Part shown: positions 25,304 through 37,829 of the stretch, piece after piece
Layout: the number at the start of each line of letters is the position of its first letter
Position numbering within the stretch: the first letter of the stretch is position 1
From: Isurus oxyrinchus
Lineage: Eukaryota
Length of the DNA stretch: 64,000 nucleotides
Reading direction: 5' to 3'
Assembly (NCBI GenBank): GCA_026770705.1
Contig: JANJGN010000002.1
Location: 41,664,001-41,728,000 of the forward strand
Made by a program: the position numbers and the translations under genes
The notes under the pieces: model-generated
Database searches by the model: none
Seen by the model: only the letters and a program-made list of their open reading frames with translations
What the model was told of the DNA's origin: nothing

Positions 25304-26023
25304 GGGTGGAAATATCCCCGCACCACCACCCTACACCCCCCCACCCCCCTCACACAGAGAGCAGGCTTACAGGGGCCGTAAAATCAGGACCATGGCAGTG
25401 CCACTTGACCACTACCTACCCACCTCCATTGATATTTTACCAGTGACACGGGAAATGTCAGGCCACCCACCCACTCTTGGGCCAACTGAGGCCCTTAAGT
25501 GGTTAATTAATGGTCACATAAGGGCCTCCTCCCAAGAGGTGTTGGCGCCATGTGAAACAGGCCTGTTGCCCTATTTATGAGCTGAAGCGGGTGAGTCCCT
25601 CCTGTTCTAGCACCCTGTGTCCAACAGTGGCCCCTGCCAAGCGAGGCCTGCCCGACCTTCTGAACCCAGTGCCCCACTGACCTTGCCAAGGCCTGCCAAC
25701 CTGGCCCCAGCAAAACCCCAAACTTGCCTGGGTCTCCGGCTCCATGGTTCCTTGGCATTGGGGACTGCCTGCAGTTCCAGCAGTAGCCGCCACTCCCAGT
25801 GACTCTGCTGGGACAAGATATCTGTCCGCCATACGATTGGACAGCAACTCTTGGAGGCAGGATTCCTCCCACGTGGGCCTTGACTAATTGATGGCCTGAT
25901 GGCTGTTAAAGCGCTGGGGGTGGTGGGGGCAGAGGGGTGAGGCAGCCAAGCAGAGGCCAGCTCATCCCTGACTTTTCATCTGGGGGGGTTGTGAGGACAC
26001 CACCTCCATGTAAAATTCCAGCC
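25304..26023. mobile_element. Harbinger-type MITE, degraded
   Basis: Termini GGGTGGAAAT / AAAATTCCAGCC. Internal GGCCCTTAAGTGG.TAATTAATGG motif shared with 4998-5701. Confidence 0.6.
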
Positions 26024-26394
26024 TCTGTGCGCATCATTTTTACCTAGATGTTAATTTGTTTATTTTCACACACATAGGAATTCAGTGCAAGTCTTAAAAG
26101 GTGACACATGGATTTAATTGATCAGAAGTCTTTTATTGTAACTATGTGTTGGTATTGCAGGCAGGGTGTTGAGGAAAAACTGACTTTCTGGAAGCAGGGA
26201 AGTTGCTGCAGTCATTTACACCTAATAAATGATATTCTGAACATTAACCATAATAATAGGAACACTGTTTGTTCTTAAGCTTTCTCTCTCTGTTTTTTTT
26301 AAATTTATTTGATGTTATTTGCACATTTATCCCAACAAAGGAAGTTTTTGCCTTTGGGGTGTTGCAATGATGGCTCACTACAGTGTTTTCTGGA

Positions 26395-26840
26395 CCGAGA
26401 GTCTGATGTGGAGAGAATGAGCAGAATGGGTCTATATTCTCTGGAATTTAGAAGAATGATTTAATTGAAACATATCAGATTCTGAGAGAGCTGGACAGCG
26501 TAGATGCTGAGAGACTGTTTCCATGTCTGGACAGTCTAGAACTAGCGAGCATAGCCCCTGGATAAGGGGTCAGCCTTTTGGGCTGAGATGAGAGAAATTT
26601 ATTCACTCAGAGGGTTGTGAATCTTTGGAATTCTTTATATCCCAGAGCTGTGGATGCTCAGTTGATGAGTATATTCAAGAAAGCATATGAGCTTTTGGAC
26701 TGTAAGGGAGTCAAGAGAAATGTCGAACAGGTGAGAAAGTGCAATTGAGGTTGAAGATCAACCATGATCTTATTGAATGGCGGAGCAGGATTGAGAGGCT
26801 GAATGACCTTCTCCAGTTCCTATTTCTTATATTCTTATGT
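26395..26840 (+). mobile_element. CR1 LINE 3' fragment
   Basis: Reads ERMSRMGLYSLEFRRM..LIETYQILRELDSVD..FTQRVVNLWNSL and ends in a (TTCTTAT)-type tail. Confidence 0.85.
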
Positions 26841-27253
26841 CACCCATAGGCAAAAGCTCATATGGACAGGTGCCCAGCCTGTTCCCCAACATAAGCCAAT
26901 GCTGCTCTGAAACTAACTGCCAGAGGTTTTGGAAAAAAAACAAGATGAGAACCCCTGTGTTTTTACCTTTGTCCTACCAAGGGAAATGTCAGATCTCCCA
27001 CTGTCACTGAACTACAGTGGAAAAATGAAGTGCCAATGTCGCGACAAACAGACATCCCACATTCAGGCATGCCATGATATACTGCCACACACTGCTGCTG
27101 CTGACAATTTCTGTCTCCGTTATATGGGGCAGATCACTGACCCACTATACAAGCCATACAATTCTCATCTGCATCAAAGTCAATTTCAAAAGCATCAGAG
27201 TATATTTAATGGGTCTGCCACTGCTGCACTGCTGAGTGGAGTTTTATACAGAA

Positions 27254-28123
27254 CAGGTTTGTCCAGCATACGGCCCACCGGATGCAGCCTGCAAAGCCCC
27301 TCTATGCGACCCCCGGAGCCAGTTTTCAAAAATTCGGCCAGATAGGTGAGTTTCAATGGAAGATTCTGCATGGAGATGCATCTCCAATCAAACGCTGTTT
27401 CTCTCTCACATTTGCTGCTGATAGGCTCACTAGTGATGGAGAGAAATGGCCTCTGATTGGAGGAGCAGCAAACACCAGTCTTGGTGAGTTGGTGACTTGG
27501 TGTTGAGGGGCGCTGGGCCGAGGGAAGTGAAGGTACTTCGGGGCTGGAGCCCGGGGAGATTGGTACGTTGGGGCTAGAACCCGGGGAGCCAGGTAAGTCG
27601 GGGCTGGAGCCCAGGGAATCAGGTATGCGGGGCCCATAGATGGCAAAGTTCTGGCAGCCTGGGGGAGAAAAGTTGCATCGGGACCATGGAGGAGTGTGAC
27701 TGAGTGAGTTTTAAGGGGGTGGGGGGGTGGGAGGAAGGAGTGCAAGCCTGCCTTATGACCAGTCTCAGGTTTCTCACTGACTCTCACTACCACACAGCAT
27801 CACATACAAACACACCTACTCACAGTGTGTGAGGGTGAGTGTGTGGGCACCCTGAGACAGTGTGAGCCCGACACACACACACTGACCCTCTCATACTCTG
27901 GTCATTTTTATTAATTACTTCTCATTAAATTAACAATCAATTGCAATGACATTGCTGTGCTTTTGCTCAGCAATTGTTTTTCTCCTTAAAGCCTCAACTC
28001 TTTTTTTTAAATTCAGTTTATTGTTGTGCCAAACCTTATCTTCCGAAATTTGCACATCGGTCCCTTTGAGTGTGAAAAATATGCAAATGTGGCCCTCCGA
28101 TCAAAAAAGGTTGGACAAGCCTG
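27254..28123. mobile_element. Non-autonomous hAT (Charlie-like) DNA transposon
   Basis: TIR CAGGTTTGTCCAGC / GTTGGACAAGCCTG (12/14), subterminal GGCCC motifs, and an 8-bp TSD ATACAGAA/ATATAGAG (6/8). Confidence 0.8.
27531..27635 (+). repeat. 30-bp minisatellite (~3.5 units) inside the hAT element
   Basis: Units resemble AGGTACTTCGGGGCTGGAGCCCGGGGAGAT. Confidence 0.75.
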
Positions 28124-29299
28124 ATATAGAGCAACAGCCTTTAGAACAAGAAATTATCTTTAGAACAGATTAAAAGGGAATCCAATCTTGTCCTTTATCT
28201 TCTTTCTGTGCACAATTCAGGTTTTCCCACAATGTCCACTGGAAGTCTGCATGGAGAATATGTAATGAGTAAGTGTGAATTGCCAAATTGTATAAACCCC
28301 ATCACTCATAAGTGACACAGTGAGGTAAACCAGCACTCCGCGGGAACGAATTGCCCATTCTATTTGTACCACAAAGTTGTCAAAGGTTTTATTCAACACT
28401 GTGGTTGTTTTCTTTTACTGTTTTCTAGCCTTGTTTATTATAATTTTCAATCTCATTTGTAATGTAAATTTAATGCGTAATTGGCAGTATGTAGCAGTTG
28501 AGCTTTTTGTAGCTTAGTCTAAACATCAGCAGTAGGATTATCGCTGGTCACTGGCTTGATGGCAGAATAGGGACGTGCTAGCTTCAGTCACAATCATGTC
28601 TTCTGCTATAAGTGGTGACTTAATGAGATATGCAGAGAACAATGTGTAGCCAGGAATGATTACAATGCGAGAATTTTGTAAAGGAGTTCAGTTAATATCA
28701 TTTGAACATACAACTGAGCTTACAGTTTTGAAACCTTTCCTTTTTTATCTTTTTTCATAAAATAACTTGCAGCTATCTTGTGACATTGCTAATGGGAAGC
28801 TAGAGGACATTGGGTTTAAATTTGCTATGATCCTACTTTGCTGTTGGGAAGTGGCAAAGCGAGACTACCAGCTGCCAACTGCTCCATAGACCCTATCTCA
28901 TTGGTGAGATTTTAATGTCTGAGGCGGTTGGGTGCAGTAGAATTACCTTCCTGGAAGAAATGGGAGAAAATAAGAGTGAACCGAATTTGCCAATGTGGTG
29001 ATGGGATAGCGGGCAAGGCTGGTGGTGGAGATGTGGGGATGGTGAGTCAGTGACTTTTAATGGGATGAAGATTAAACCAAGGGAAATCTTATTTCTTCAC
29101 AGGGTCAGCATTCTGAAATAATATTGATCTCTTTAGGATCAATAACTTTGCTGTTCGGATTTCAGAGCTTTTAAATACTTTCTGTACAACCAATTGAAAG
29201 GAAGGAATCTAAAAAACTATGAGCAGATGGGATTTGGATTACATTAACATAAACTGGTTGGGTCAAGCAGGCTGTATTCATGTAATTCTACGTAAAGGA

Positions 29300-29510
29300 C
29301 ACCAGGAGAATTCTCTGTTCTTTGAATAGAACCATGGGAATCTGTAAACCCTCCTCAGAGTGCAGACCCTAGATTTAACCTCTCATCTAAAACACACCTC
29401 CAGTGCTTCACAGAAATGCCAGCCTAGTTTGTTTCTAAATTCCAGGAACGGGGCTTGAATCCAAGGTCTTGATGGACTCAGAGGTAAGTGTGCTATCGCC
29501 ACCAAGCTGA
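29300..29510 (-). mobile_element. DeuSINE-like (SacSINE1-type) fragment
   Basis: Reverse-complement tRNA-like head (CTTGAATCC...ACTCAGAGG..GTGCTA) plus degenerate Deu-domain-like sequence; similar to 54200-54605. Confidence 0.55.
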
Positions 29511-29552
29511 AACCTCAATATATTTTAACAATATGACAGCACCTCCCATACA

Positions 29553-30060
29553 CCAGGATTTTCCCCTTGGTGATTTGGAGGTGGGGCCCGCTCGCTGAGG
29601 GGAAAGTGACACGGGATGACATTGGGAGGAACCCCCGATGTCATCCCGGTCCATTTAAATCTTCAGGAAGGTGGGTGGACAGCGAGATCAGCTGTCTGCC
29701 CGCCGACCTGTCAATGGCCAATTAAGCCCATTGACAGGATAATTAACCTTGTTAAAGACTCTGCCCATCCAAGCTTAAGGCTGGCGGGCAGGCCAGGAGG
29801 CCCAGCGGGCTCCAGGTTATTCAGGAAACTTCATCCACTGGCGTATGACATTGTCACATGAGGGGGACATGTTAATAATTTTAATATTTCTCTATTTTTT
29901 GACTTTTCTTAGCTGTCAGTAAACTCCCTGAGACAGGATTTTGCCTCAGGGCGCGCAAAAGAGCGCACTTTGACAGATGGGGAATCCCTCCACCCCCTGC
30001 ACAACAGGAAACACATAGCGCTTCCTGTTGGGCAGGCCGCTGGATGGGCCTTAATTTTGA
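29553..30060. mobile_element. Harbinger-type MITE, truncated
   Basis: Homologous to 307-949 (GCCCGCTCGC, ACCTGTCAATGGCCAATTAA, TCATCCAC, GAGGGGGACAT). One terminus is missing. Confidence 0.65.
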
Positions 30061-30615
30061 TTTTGTGCAGCAGTGTAATATAGTAGATACCAGGCTTCAT
30101 GCTGGCATGGCCATGTAAGTTTGTCACTCACCTTTCCCCCACATCCCCCTCCGCTCAATGCTGTACTTGCATTCATTCAGGCCCAACAAGATCTAGCTTA
30201 GGCTTTTGAAAGAGACCCTAGCAGTAAAATACAGTACATAAAGTGCAACTTAGTAGACAAATTCAATCATATTATTGTGAGATTAGCTTTTTTAATTTTA
30301 AGTTTGTTTAAACCTATATTTTGCACATTAGTTGCATCAAATTCAAAGGAGAAAATATCAGTTGAAATATTTTCTGAAAAGTGATTGATGGTCTGATTAT
30401 GCAATTGCAGGTTGGTGTGGTTATATAAGTAATGGTATTATAAATGCAGAGGCTGTAATTATTCATGTAAAAAATTGAATGCAGGGGTGTGGCAAAAAGA
30501 ATGACAACAGGAAATCATGACCAAAAGTGCTTGCACGCGTAGGATTTTTAATAAAGCGTAATTGTACACATAATGGAATTATGGAGGTTCTTTGTAACTA
30601 GCAGCTCAGAGGCCT

Positions 30616-30945
30616 GGGCCAGAATTTTACATTCATCGGGTGGGCTTGGCAGGAGGGGGCGGGGGTGGTTGGGCAGCTAACCGCTGCCCGCAATCGGCTC
30701 CACATCGCGATTTCACGCTGGTGGGGCCCGCCCCCCTGTGGATCGCAAGCGATAGCCTTTTGTGGGCGAGGGTAGGAGGGAGAGTCGGGTCCAGCGCGCA
30801 GTTTGGGCATGCGCACAAAAGAGAGCTTCAATCTCCCTGAGGCTTGGAGCAGCCTCAGCGAAATTGAAGTGCTTTTAAAAAATAAATGAAGACATTAAAA
30901 ATTTAATGGCCCATGTCCCCTTATGTGACTGTGTCCATGCATGGC
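30616..30945. mobile_element. Harbinger-type MITE, left half only
   Basis: Starts GGGCCAGAATTTTAC and ends abruptly at the Gypsy gag sequence. Confidence 0.65.
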
Positions 30946-33900
30946 ACGAAAACCAGACTCACAGCATCGAAGTGAGATTTGATGTCTGCTGTTAGAAACA
31001 TGAAAAGGCCTAGTAGAAACACTTCAGCAGGGACTCCAAGAATAAGTTATTAAAGATGTGGAGGTAACCACAGACTGGACACCTGTAAAGTCAAAGAGGC
31101 AGAATGCCATTACTGCCATAAGAAAGGTCATGTAGTAAGACAATGCAGAGGAAAGTCGAAACAGCCCATAAAGCAGCAAAGCAGCAATTGAATTAAAAAA
31201 TACAGCAGAACCTGAAGCTGCCGACACTGACCTCTATTCCCTGTATAACATAACTGCTGTGAAAACCGAACCTATCACTGTCACGATCCAAGTAAATGAG
31301 AAGCCGCTAATAATGGAGGTGGATATGGGTACCTCAACTACAATGGTGGGAGAGCACACTTTCAAATACCTTAATGAAGGTAGCCAGCCAATGAACTTGG
31401 AGCAGGCAACCACTAAATTAAGAACATACACTGGAGAATCTATTCAGGTAAAGGGCATTGCCATAATATCAATGTCTTATAGTCAACAGACAGACCAGCT
31501 GCCTGTGGTAGTACTGAAAGGAGAAGGACCCAGTCTTCTAGGCTGAGACCTGTTACAGTAGATCAACCTTGACTGGTCTGAGATGTTTCACTTGAAAACA
31601 GGACAAGTTCCTGAACTGCTAAGGAAATACAACAGGGTATTTTGGGATGAACTAGGGAAGTTAAGAGGTGTAAAACAAAAACAGAATTACCTGGAAAAAC
31701 TCAGCAGGTCTGGCAGCATCAGTGGAGAAGAAAAGAGTTGATGTTTCGAGATAAAAGGTGTGCAGCTAAGACATATGTGAATCCTCAGGTGACACCACAT
31801 TTCTTTAAGGCCAGACCTGTGCCTAATGCATTGAAGGAGATGATGGATGTCGAACTGTGCCAGTTAGAAAAGCTGGGCATCATCCAACATGCCCCATTCT
31901 CAGATTGGGCAGCCCCCATAGTTCCAGTAGTTAAGCCTGACCAAAGCATACGCATTTGTGAGGGCTATAAATTGACCATGAATAAAGTAGCAAAACTAGA
32001 TAAGTAACCCATTCCAAGGATAGACAACTTATATGCAAAGATGGCTGGAGGCAAGTCCTATACAAAATTGGATATGAGCCACACCTACCAACAAATAGAA
32101 CTGGATAGCACATCGAGAGAATACGTGACTATTAATACACACAAGGCTCTTTATCAGTACACTCGACTACCCTTTGGAGTATCATCTGCATGCGATATCT
32201 TTCAGAGAACAATGGAGAATCTTTTGCAATTACTTCCCCGAATGGTAGGATACCTAGATGATGTTCTGATCACAGGGTTAACCGAGACCAAACACTTGGC
32301 CAGCTTGTAGGAGGCGCTCAGAAGGTTCATGGAAGTTAAAGAAGTTAAAATGCACATTTCAAGTGCCAGAAGTTACTCATCTGGGTCACAGAGTGGATGC
32401 GATGGGTTTGTATCCAGTACAAGAGAAAGTTCGGGCAATAAAAGATGCACCCTCACCATCCAGTGTATCTGAACTCAAGTCCTTCCTGGGTATGATCAAC
32501 TATTACAGCCGCTTCTTGCTAACTTATCAACCGTGTTGGCACCATTGCACTTGTTGTTAAAAAAGAATTGGTCATGGAATTCACAACAGGGAGAAGCCTT
32601 TGTGAAAGTAAAGAAACTGTTGCATTCGTCGTGTTTATTGGTAACCTACGACCCATTGAAAAGAGTTGGTATTAACATATGATGCCTCTCCTTATGGTGT
32701 AGGAGTCGTGTTATCACATAGAATGAAAAATGGATCTGAAAGTCCCATTGGCTATGTCTCGAGAACCCTCTCCACAGCCAAGAAGGGTTATTTCCAGCTA
32801 GAAAAGGAAAGTTTATCGGTGGTGTTCAGAGTGAAAAAATTCCACCAGTATCTACAAGAATGACATTTAACCATTGTGTCAGACCATAAACCATTAATGG
32901 GCTTTTCAGTGAGAATAAGGCTATTCTGTCAATAGCATCAGCAAGAATTCAACGTTGGGCTCTGACGTTATCTGCGCATGAGTATACTTTTATGTACTGT
33001 CCTGGCTTATACGTTACAAATGCTCAGCTGTCTCCCATTACCAGGTAGCATTGTACATGCTCCTGTTCCACAAGAAGTTGTGTTATTACTGAATTTCTTG
33101 GATTCTTCTCCTGTGTGTGAAGCAAATTAAAGATTGGACAAACATAGATCCAATATCATCGAAAGTCAGAGACTTTGTTTTGCAAAGATGGTTAAATTCA
33201 CCTGTATCTGAAGATTTAAGACCATTCCATGCCAGAAACACAGAGTTAAGCTGTCAAAAAGGAATTTTGTTGTGCGGATCAAGAGTTGTTGTCCCATCAC
33301 AAGGTAGAGAACCGCTCTTGACAGATCTTCACAGTGCACATCCAGGCATATTAAAAATGAAAATGCTTCTGTAAACCTATGTCTAGCGGCCAGGCATTGA
33401 CAGTGACATTGAAAGCATGGTCATGCACTGTCTCCATTGTCAGCAACAACAGATGCTGTCTGTTTCAGCTCCCCTACATCCATAGGAGTGGCCTGGCCGA
33501 TCCCAGGTTAGACTACATACCCAGGACCATTCTTAGGCACCATGTTTTTGTTCGTTGTAGATTCTAAATTGATGGATGTGGACAAAGTCAAATCACCAAC
33601 ATCGAGCGCAACTATTGAGAAGCTGCGTCACTGTTTTAGCCTACATGGCCTATCTGAAATAGTTGTTTCTGATAACAGTACAACCTTTACCAGCACAGAG
33701 TTTCAGAAGTTCATGAATCTGAATGGAATCAGACAGATTAAAATAGCCCCTTACCATCCCTCATCAAGTGGTTTAGCTGAGAGAGCTGTACAAATTTTCA
33801 AGTCTGGTATTAAAACCAGAATCTCAACTTTCCCGCTTCTTCTCAGTTATCGTGCAAGGCCACATTCGACTACGGGTTCAGCACAGGCTGAATTATTGAT

Positions 33901-34405
33901 GAAACGCTGCCTACATACAAGGTTAAGCCTGGTGTTTCCAAATTTAGAGGGCAAGGTAGAGCGGAATCAGAGTAATCAAAAATTGAGTCACAATATACAC
34001 AGCAAAGCTCACACATTCAATGTAGGTGTCATGGCAGTTGTGCAAAATTTCAGAAGTGGACCTTGTTGGGTTCCTGGAACCATTGTCTCAGAGACTGATC
34101 CATTATCTTTCCAAGTACAAGTGGAAGACAGAATCGTCCGTAAGCACATAGATCATATTCATGCTAGAGAGACATTCCAACAACCAACTATTCTGCCTGT
34201 GATTAACATCAAGCCGTCAATTCCTGAGAGGACAGATTGACCTAGAACAGACATGCCCGATGTCTCTGTAGAGTTGCCAAACCCAGAACTGCCACTTTCT
34301 AACGATGAGTTTTCTGCTGCAGTTCCAGATCCTGTTGATCCTTTTGGGGAACCTCAAGTGGTAGAGCTACGCTGTTCTAGCTGTATAAAGAGAGCACCTC
34401 AGAGA
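30946..34405 (+). mobile_element. Gypsy/Ty3 LTR-retrotransposon internal region (gag end, PR, RT, RH, IN), pseudogenised, no LTRs seen
   Basis: CCHC knuckle CHYCHKKGHVVRQC (31105-31146); protease EVDMGTSTT; RT WAAPIVPVVKPD, RLPFGVSSA, YLDD; RNase H DASPYGVGVVLSH; integrase LHSAHPGI, IVVSDN, APYHPSSSGLAERAVQ. Many stops and frameshifts. Confidence 0.95.
31672..31749 (-). mobile_element. Short Penelope terminal-repeat insertion inside Gypsy pol
   Basis: AAAACAAAAACAGAATTACCTGGAAAAACTCAGC...GTTTCGAG. Likely TSD AGtTAAgAGGTGT / AGaTAAaAGGTGT (11/13). Confidence 0.8.
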
Positions 34406-34856
34406 CCTGGGTACAGAATTTTATGTCCCGTGAGTGGGCAGGTGCCTGACCCAATCAGGTGTGAAATAGCACGTGATGACTTTGGGTGAGCATCTCGACA
34501 TCATCGCGCACTCATGTGATATCTCAGTCAGCAGGCGTGAGCAGGTGCCCACCATTAATTAAGAGGCCACTTAAGACCATTAAGAAGCCAATTGATGGTG
34601 ATTTTTCAATGACCGTGCAATTTTGCCCTCGTCGGATAAAAGGGGTGAGCAGCATTGGCAGTGTCAGTAGTGGTAGTTTGGTACATAGTTTGCTGCTGGT
34701 AACTTATTGGTACTTGGCAGCGTCATCTCTGTTTGAGGCTTCGTTGTTAGCATATCCAGGCTTGATTTCAGAACTCATCGCTGTTTGCCGGGCACCCAGA
34801 GGATTCAGACTATGTGGACCCTTCCAGGTATCAGACAGCCTTCCGTTACCTTGACA

Positions 34857-35800
34857 ATGGGGATTATGGTCTCTGCTGGAGGCACTTCCTCTGAGGAGGA
34901 AGAGAGGGGCAGAAGGGAGAGGAGGCCAGGTGATTCAAAGCAGCTTCCAGGGGAGGGACCTGTGGGAGGAGAGGGGAGCAGGCACAAGAGGCGCAGAGCC
35001 AGCAGGAAGTCCAAGGTGGAAGGGGCTGCAGAAGATGCCACTATCCTGCTGCCAGGGTTTACAGGCGGTGATGCAGCTACCTCAATATGTCTGAGGTGCA
35101 ATGTTGAAGGAGGCTCTACCTTTTAAAGGAGACAGTGACCTCCATTTGTCAGGGGATCGGGCCTAAGAACAGCTCCAACTGTGTGGGTGGACACCCCATG
35201 CCAGTGGCTCTGAAGGTCACAGTGGCCCCTGACGTCTTTGCCTCCTGCTGTTTCCAGGGCTCAGTCGGGGAATCTGTGTGGAGTCTCCCAATTAGCTTTC
35301 CACAGTTGTGTCCAGCTGGTGACAGAAGCTCTGTTCAGGCAGACACTGACCTTTATTCTTTAGCGTATGGGTGAGGCCAGCCAGGCTGAGTGAGCCAGAG
35401 GCTTCGCACAATTGCTGGGTTCCCCACATCCAGGATGCCATCAGCTGCATACATGTGGTCATCAAGGCGCCAGCAGATCAGCCGGGTGCCTTCGACAACA
35501 GGGAGGGATTCAACTCCATGAACGTCCTGATAGTGTATGACCACAGCATGCAGATTCTGCAAGTCTGTGCAAGGTACCCAGGCAACTCCCATGAAGCTGA
35601 GATATTCCCAGGTGTCGAGGATCTTCAGTGCTCCAGCCTGACTGGATGGCTGGCTGCAGGATGACAAGAGCTATCCCCTGAAAAGGTAGCTCATGACACA
35701 TCTCCGCCATCCAAGTTCAGAGGCAGAGCAGCATTACTATACGAGTCATGCCTGGGCTGTGATAGAGAGGATCATAGGTGTTCTCAAGATGCACTTCCAC
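34857..35800 (+). pseudogene. Harbinger DDE transposase relic
   Basis: GGHPMPVALKVTVAPDVFASCCFQGSVG, PHIQDAISCIHVVIKAP, NREGFNSMNVLIVYD, ARYPGNSHEA, DKSYP, VIERIIGVLKMHF. Confidence 0.88.
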
Positions 35801-36568
35801 ATCTGCGCTGGTGCCTGGTTCAGAGAGTGGGTGTGTTGCAGGCGCATGTGGAGCCTGGCAGGCCCCTGGCATCAGGGGTGGGTCTTCAGGGTCCTGCAAT
35901 TGAGTGTGTGGTGGCAAACCTAAGGGCCAACAACTACATGTCATTTGTTTAAGTCTTCACACTGTCACTGTGCATGCCAGGCATCCTGGTGAAACCATGG
36001 AGATCTGTATCAAGGTGCCATCCTCTTTCAACGGTCAATGGAGAATCCAGTTTTGAGGCTCCCATCAATGATGAGACTACACAAGAATGTTTGCAACATC
36101 TGAAACTCTCACCTCTGTACACTGCGCTCTTACCTTCGTCTGAAACCCCAGCCTCTCCGCAGCTGGTTGACTGAGGTGTGTGGCACCTCTCCAGGTCCCA
36201 GGCAACCTGTTCATATCTGGAAAGGATTGGGAGGTTAGTTGGGTCTCTGCCGGTCTGTGACCTTTCAAAGTGTTGTCCTGAAAGGACAAAGGAGCATTGA
36301 TTAGTCCACTCTCTACCTGCAGTGCCATTGCAGCCTGGCCAACCACACCTGAGGGGCACCTTGCAGGGCACATCTGAGTCGTGGCCCATGAGCCGCAAGG
36401 GACTCAGCCCAAGCAGCCAGGGCTCACCCTCTTGGCCAGCTCCAGTGTCATTGACAGTTGGCACTCAGAATCTAACATGCCTGAGCTCCACGGCGGTGAT
36501 GGGGGGAGGGGAGAGACAGCCAGACCTTAACACTTCAACACACTGATCCATGGCAACATGGTACTCAC

Positions 36569-36825
36569 CCTTCCTGAGCGCAGCAGGTCATTAAACCTCT
36601 TGTGGCACTGGACCCTGGTGCACCGCACAACATCATGGCTGCTGATCAACACTGCCACCTCCTCCCAAGTTCTTTTCGTTAGGTGCAGTGGGTTCCATCC
36701 CTGGGAACAAGGGTGTTCCTCCTGGAAGCCACCTACTCCAGGAGGTTCACGAGGCACTCATCAGAAAACCGAGGTGCCGAGTGCCCACCTGACCTGCCTT
36801 CCAGCCTGGCGTATGCAGCTGCATT
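36569..36825 (-). pseudogene. Harbinger Myb/SANT exon 1 relic
   Basis: APRFSDECLVNLLE...TKRTWEEVAVLISSHDVVRCTRVQCHKRFNDLLRSGR, followed by donor AGG|GTGAGT. Confidence 0.85.
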
Positions 36826-37001
36826 ACTCTCCATAATTTATACTCGGCTGCTGACAACGCTGGAGTTATCCTCATCACCGACAGCCTTCCAGGGCCTGAC
36901 TGTGCAAGTTTTAAACCAGCTGCCATGTCAGCATTGGGCCCAGCAGCCAACAGGCCCCCATCCCTGCCCTCTGTTTGCCAACCGGTTCACTAATGTCTTT
37001 C

Positions 37002-37166
37002 AGGGAAGGAAATCTGCTGTCCATACCTGGTCTGGCCTACATGTGGCTCCAGACGCACAACAATGTGGTTGACTCTTAAATACCCTCTGAACAAGGGTAA
37101 TTAGGGAATGGCAATAAATGCTGGCCTAGCCAGCGACGTCCACAAACCATGAACGAATAAAAAAAT
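37002..37166 (+). mobile_element. 3' half of a tRNA-headed SINE
   Basis: AGGGAAGGAAATCTGC...ACCTGGTCTGGCCTACATGTG...AATAAATGCTGGCCTAGCCAGCGACG...A-rich tail. Confidence 0.75.
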
Positions 37167-37829
37167 AATTCTATTAGCACAAACTTCTCCGGTCCCTGCA
37201 TAAGTCATCCTTTTGTCCCTGCTGGTGAGATTGCAAATTTTTGTTGAGCTATGAGTAATTCTGTTACTTTGGAGCAGTCCATTATGAACTGTTGACATTG
37301 GATAAACTCACACAAGACTCTTCCAGCCAAAAGAAAGAGAATTTCATCTCTCACAGTCCAAATTGGTATCCCAGGAGTGAAAGCGTAGCATTCTAACCCA
37401 ATTCTTTATCCAGTCTCCAGGACATAATTAACAATACTTCTTCGCTACTGAGCACAAGGATTTCATTGTTTCCATAATTTTCCTGCAAGTACACGAAAAT
37501 AACTAGGGACCTAAGACAAAAGTAGGTCAAAAACCTACACAGCAGAGAAAAAATATTTTGTTGTTTGCTTTGGTTAGAGGGGGGGTCAACTTTTTATTTA
37601 TGCTCAGATAATGGGAGCAGTTTCCTTCAGTTCCAGAGCAGCGTGAAGGCATAAATTCAAATGTTTGCTTGAATTGCAATTGTTTGGCTCTAAGCAGGAT
37701 AAGAAACTATCAGTTCCTCTCGAAAGGAGTGTAATGGTCAATGCTGAAGCATATTACTGGCTCATGGCAGTGAGTGACCTATTATCTAATTTTTTTGCAC
37801 TCACTGGCAATAGAAATATATATAAATAA

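Larger units (their letters stand above)
34409..37000. mobile_element. Second PIF/Harbinger transposon relic (internally deleted, right end lost)
   Basis: Left terminus GGGTACAGAATTTT; transposase relic (+) facing a Myb/SANT relic (-). Confidence 0.8.
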
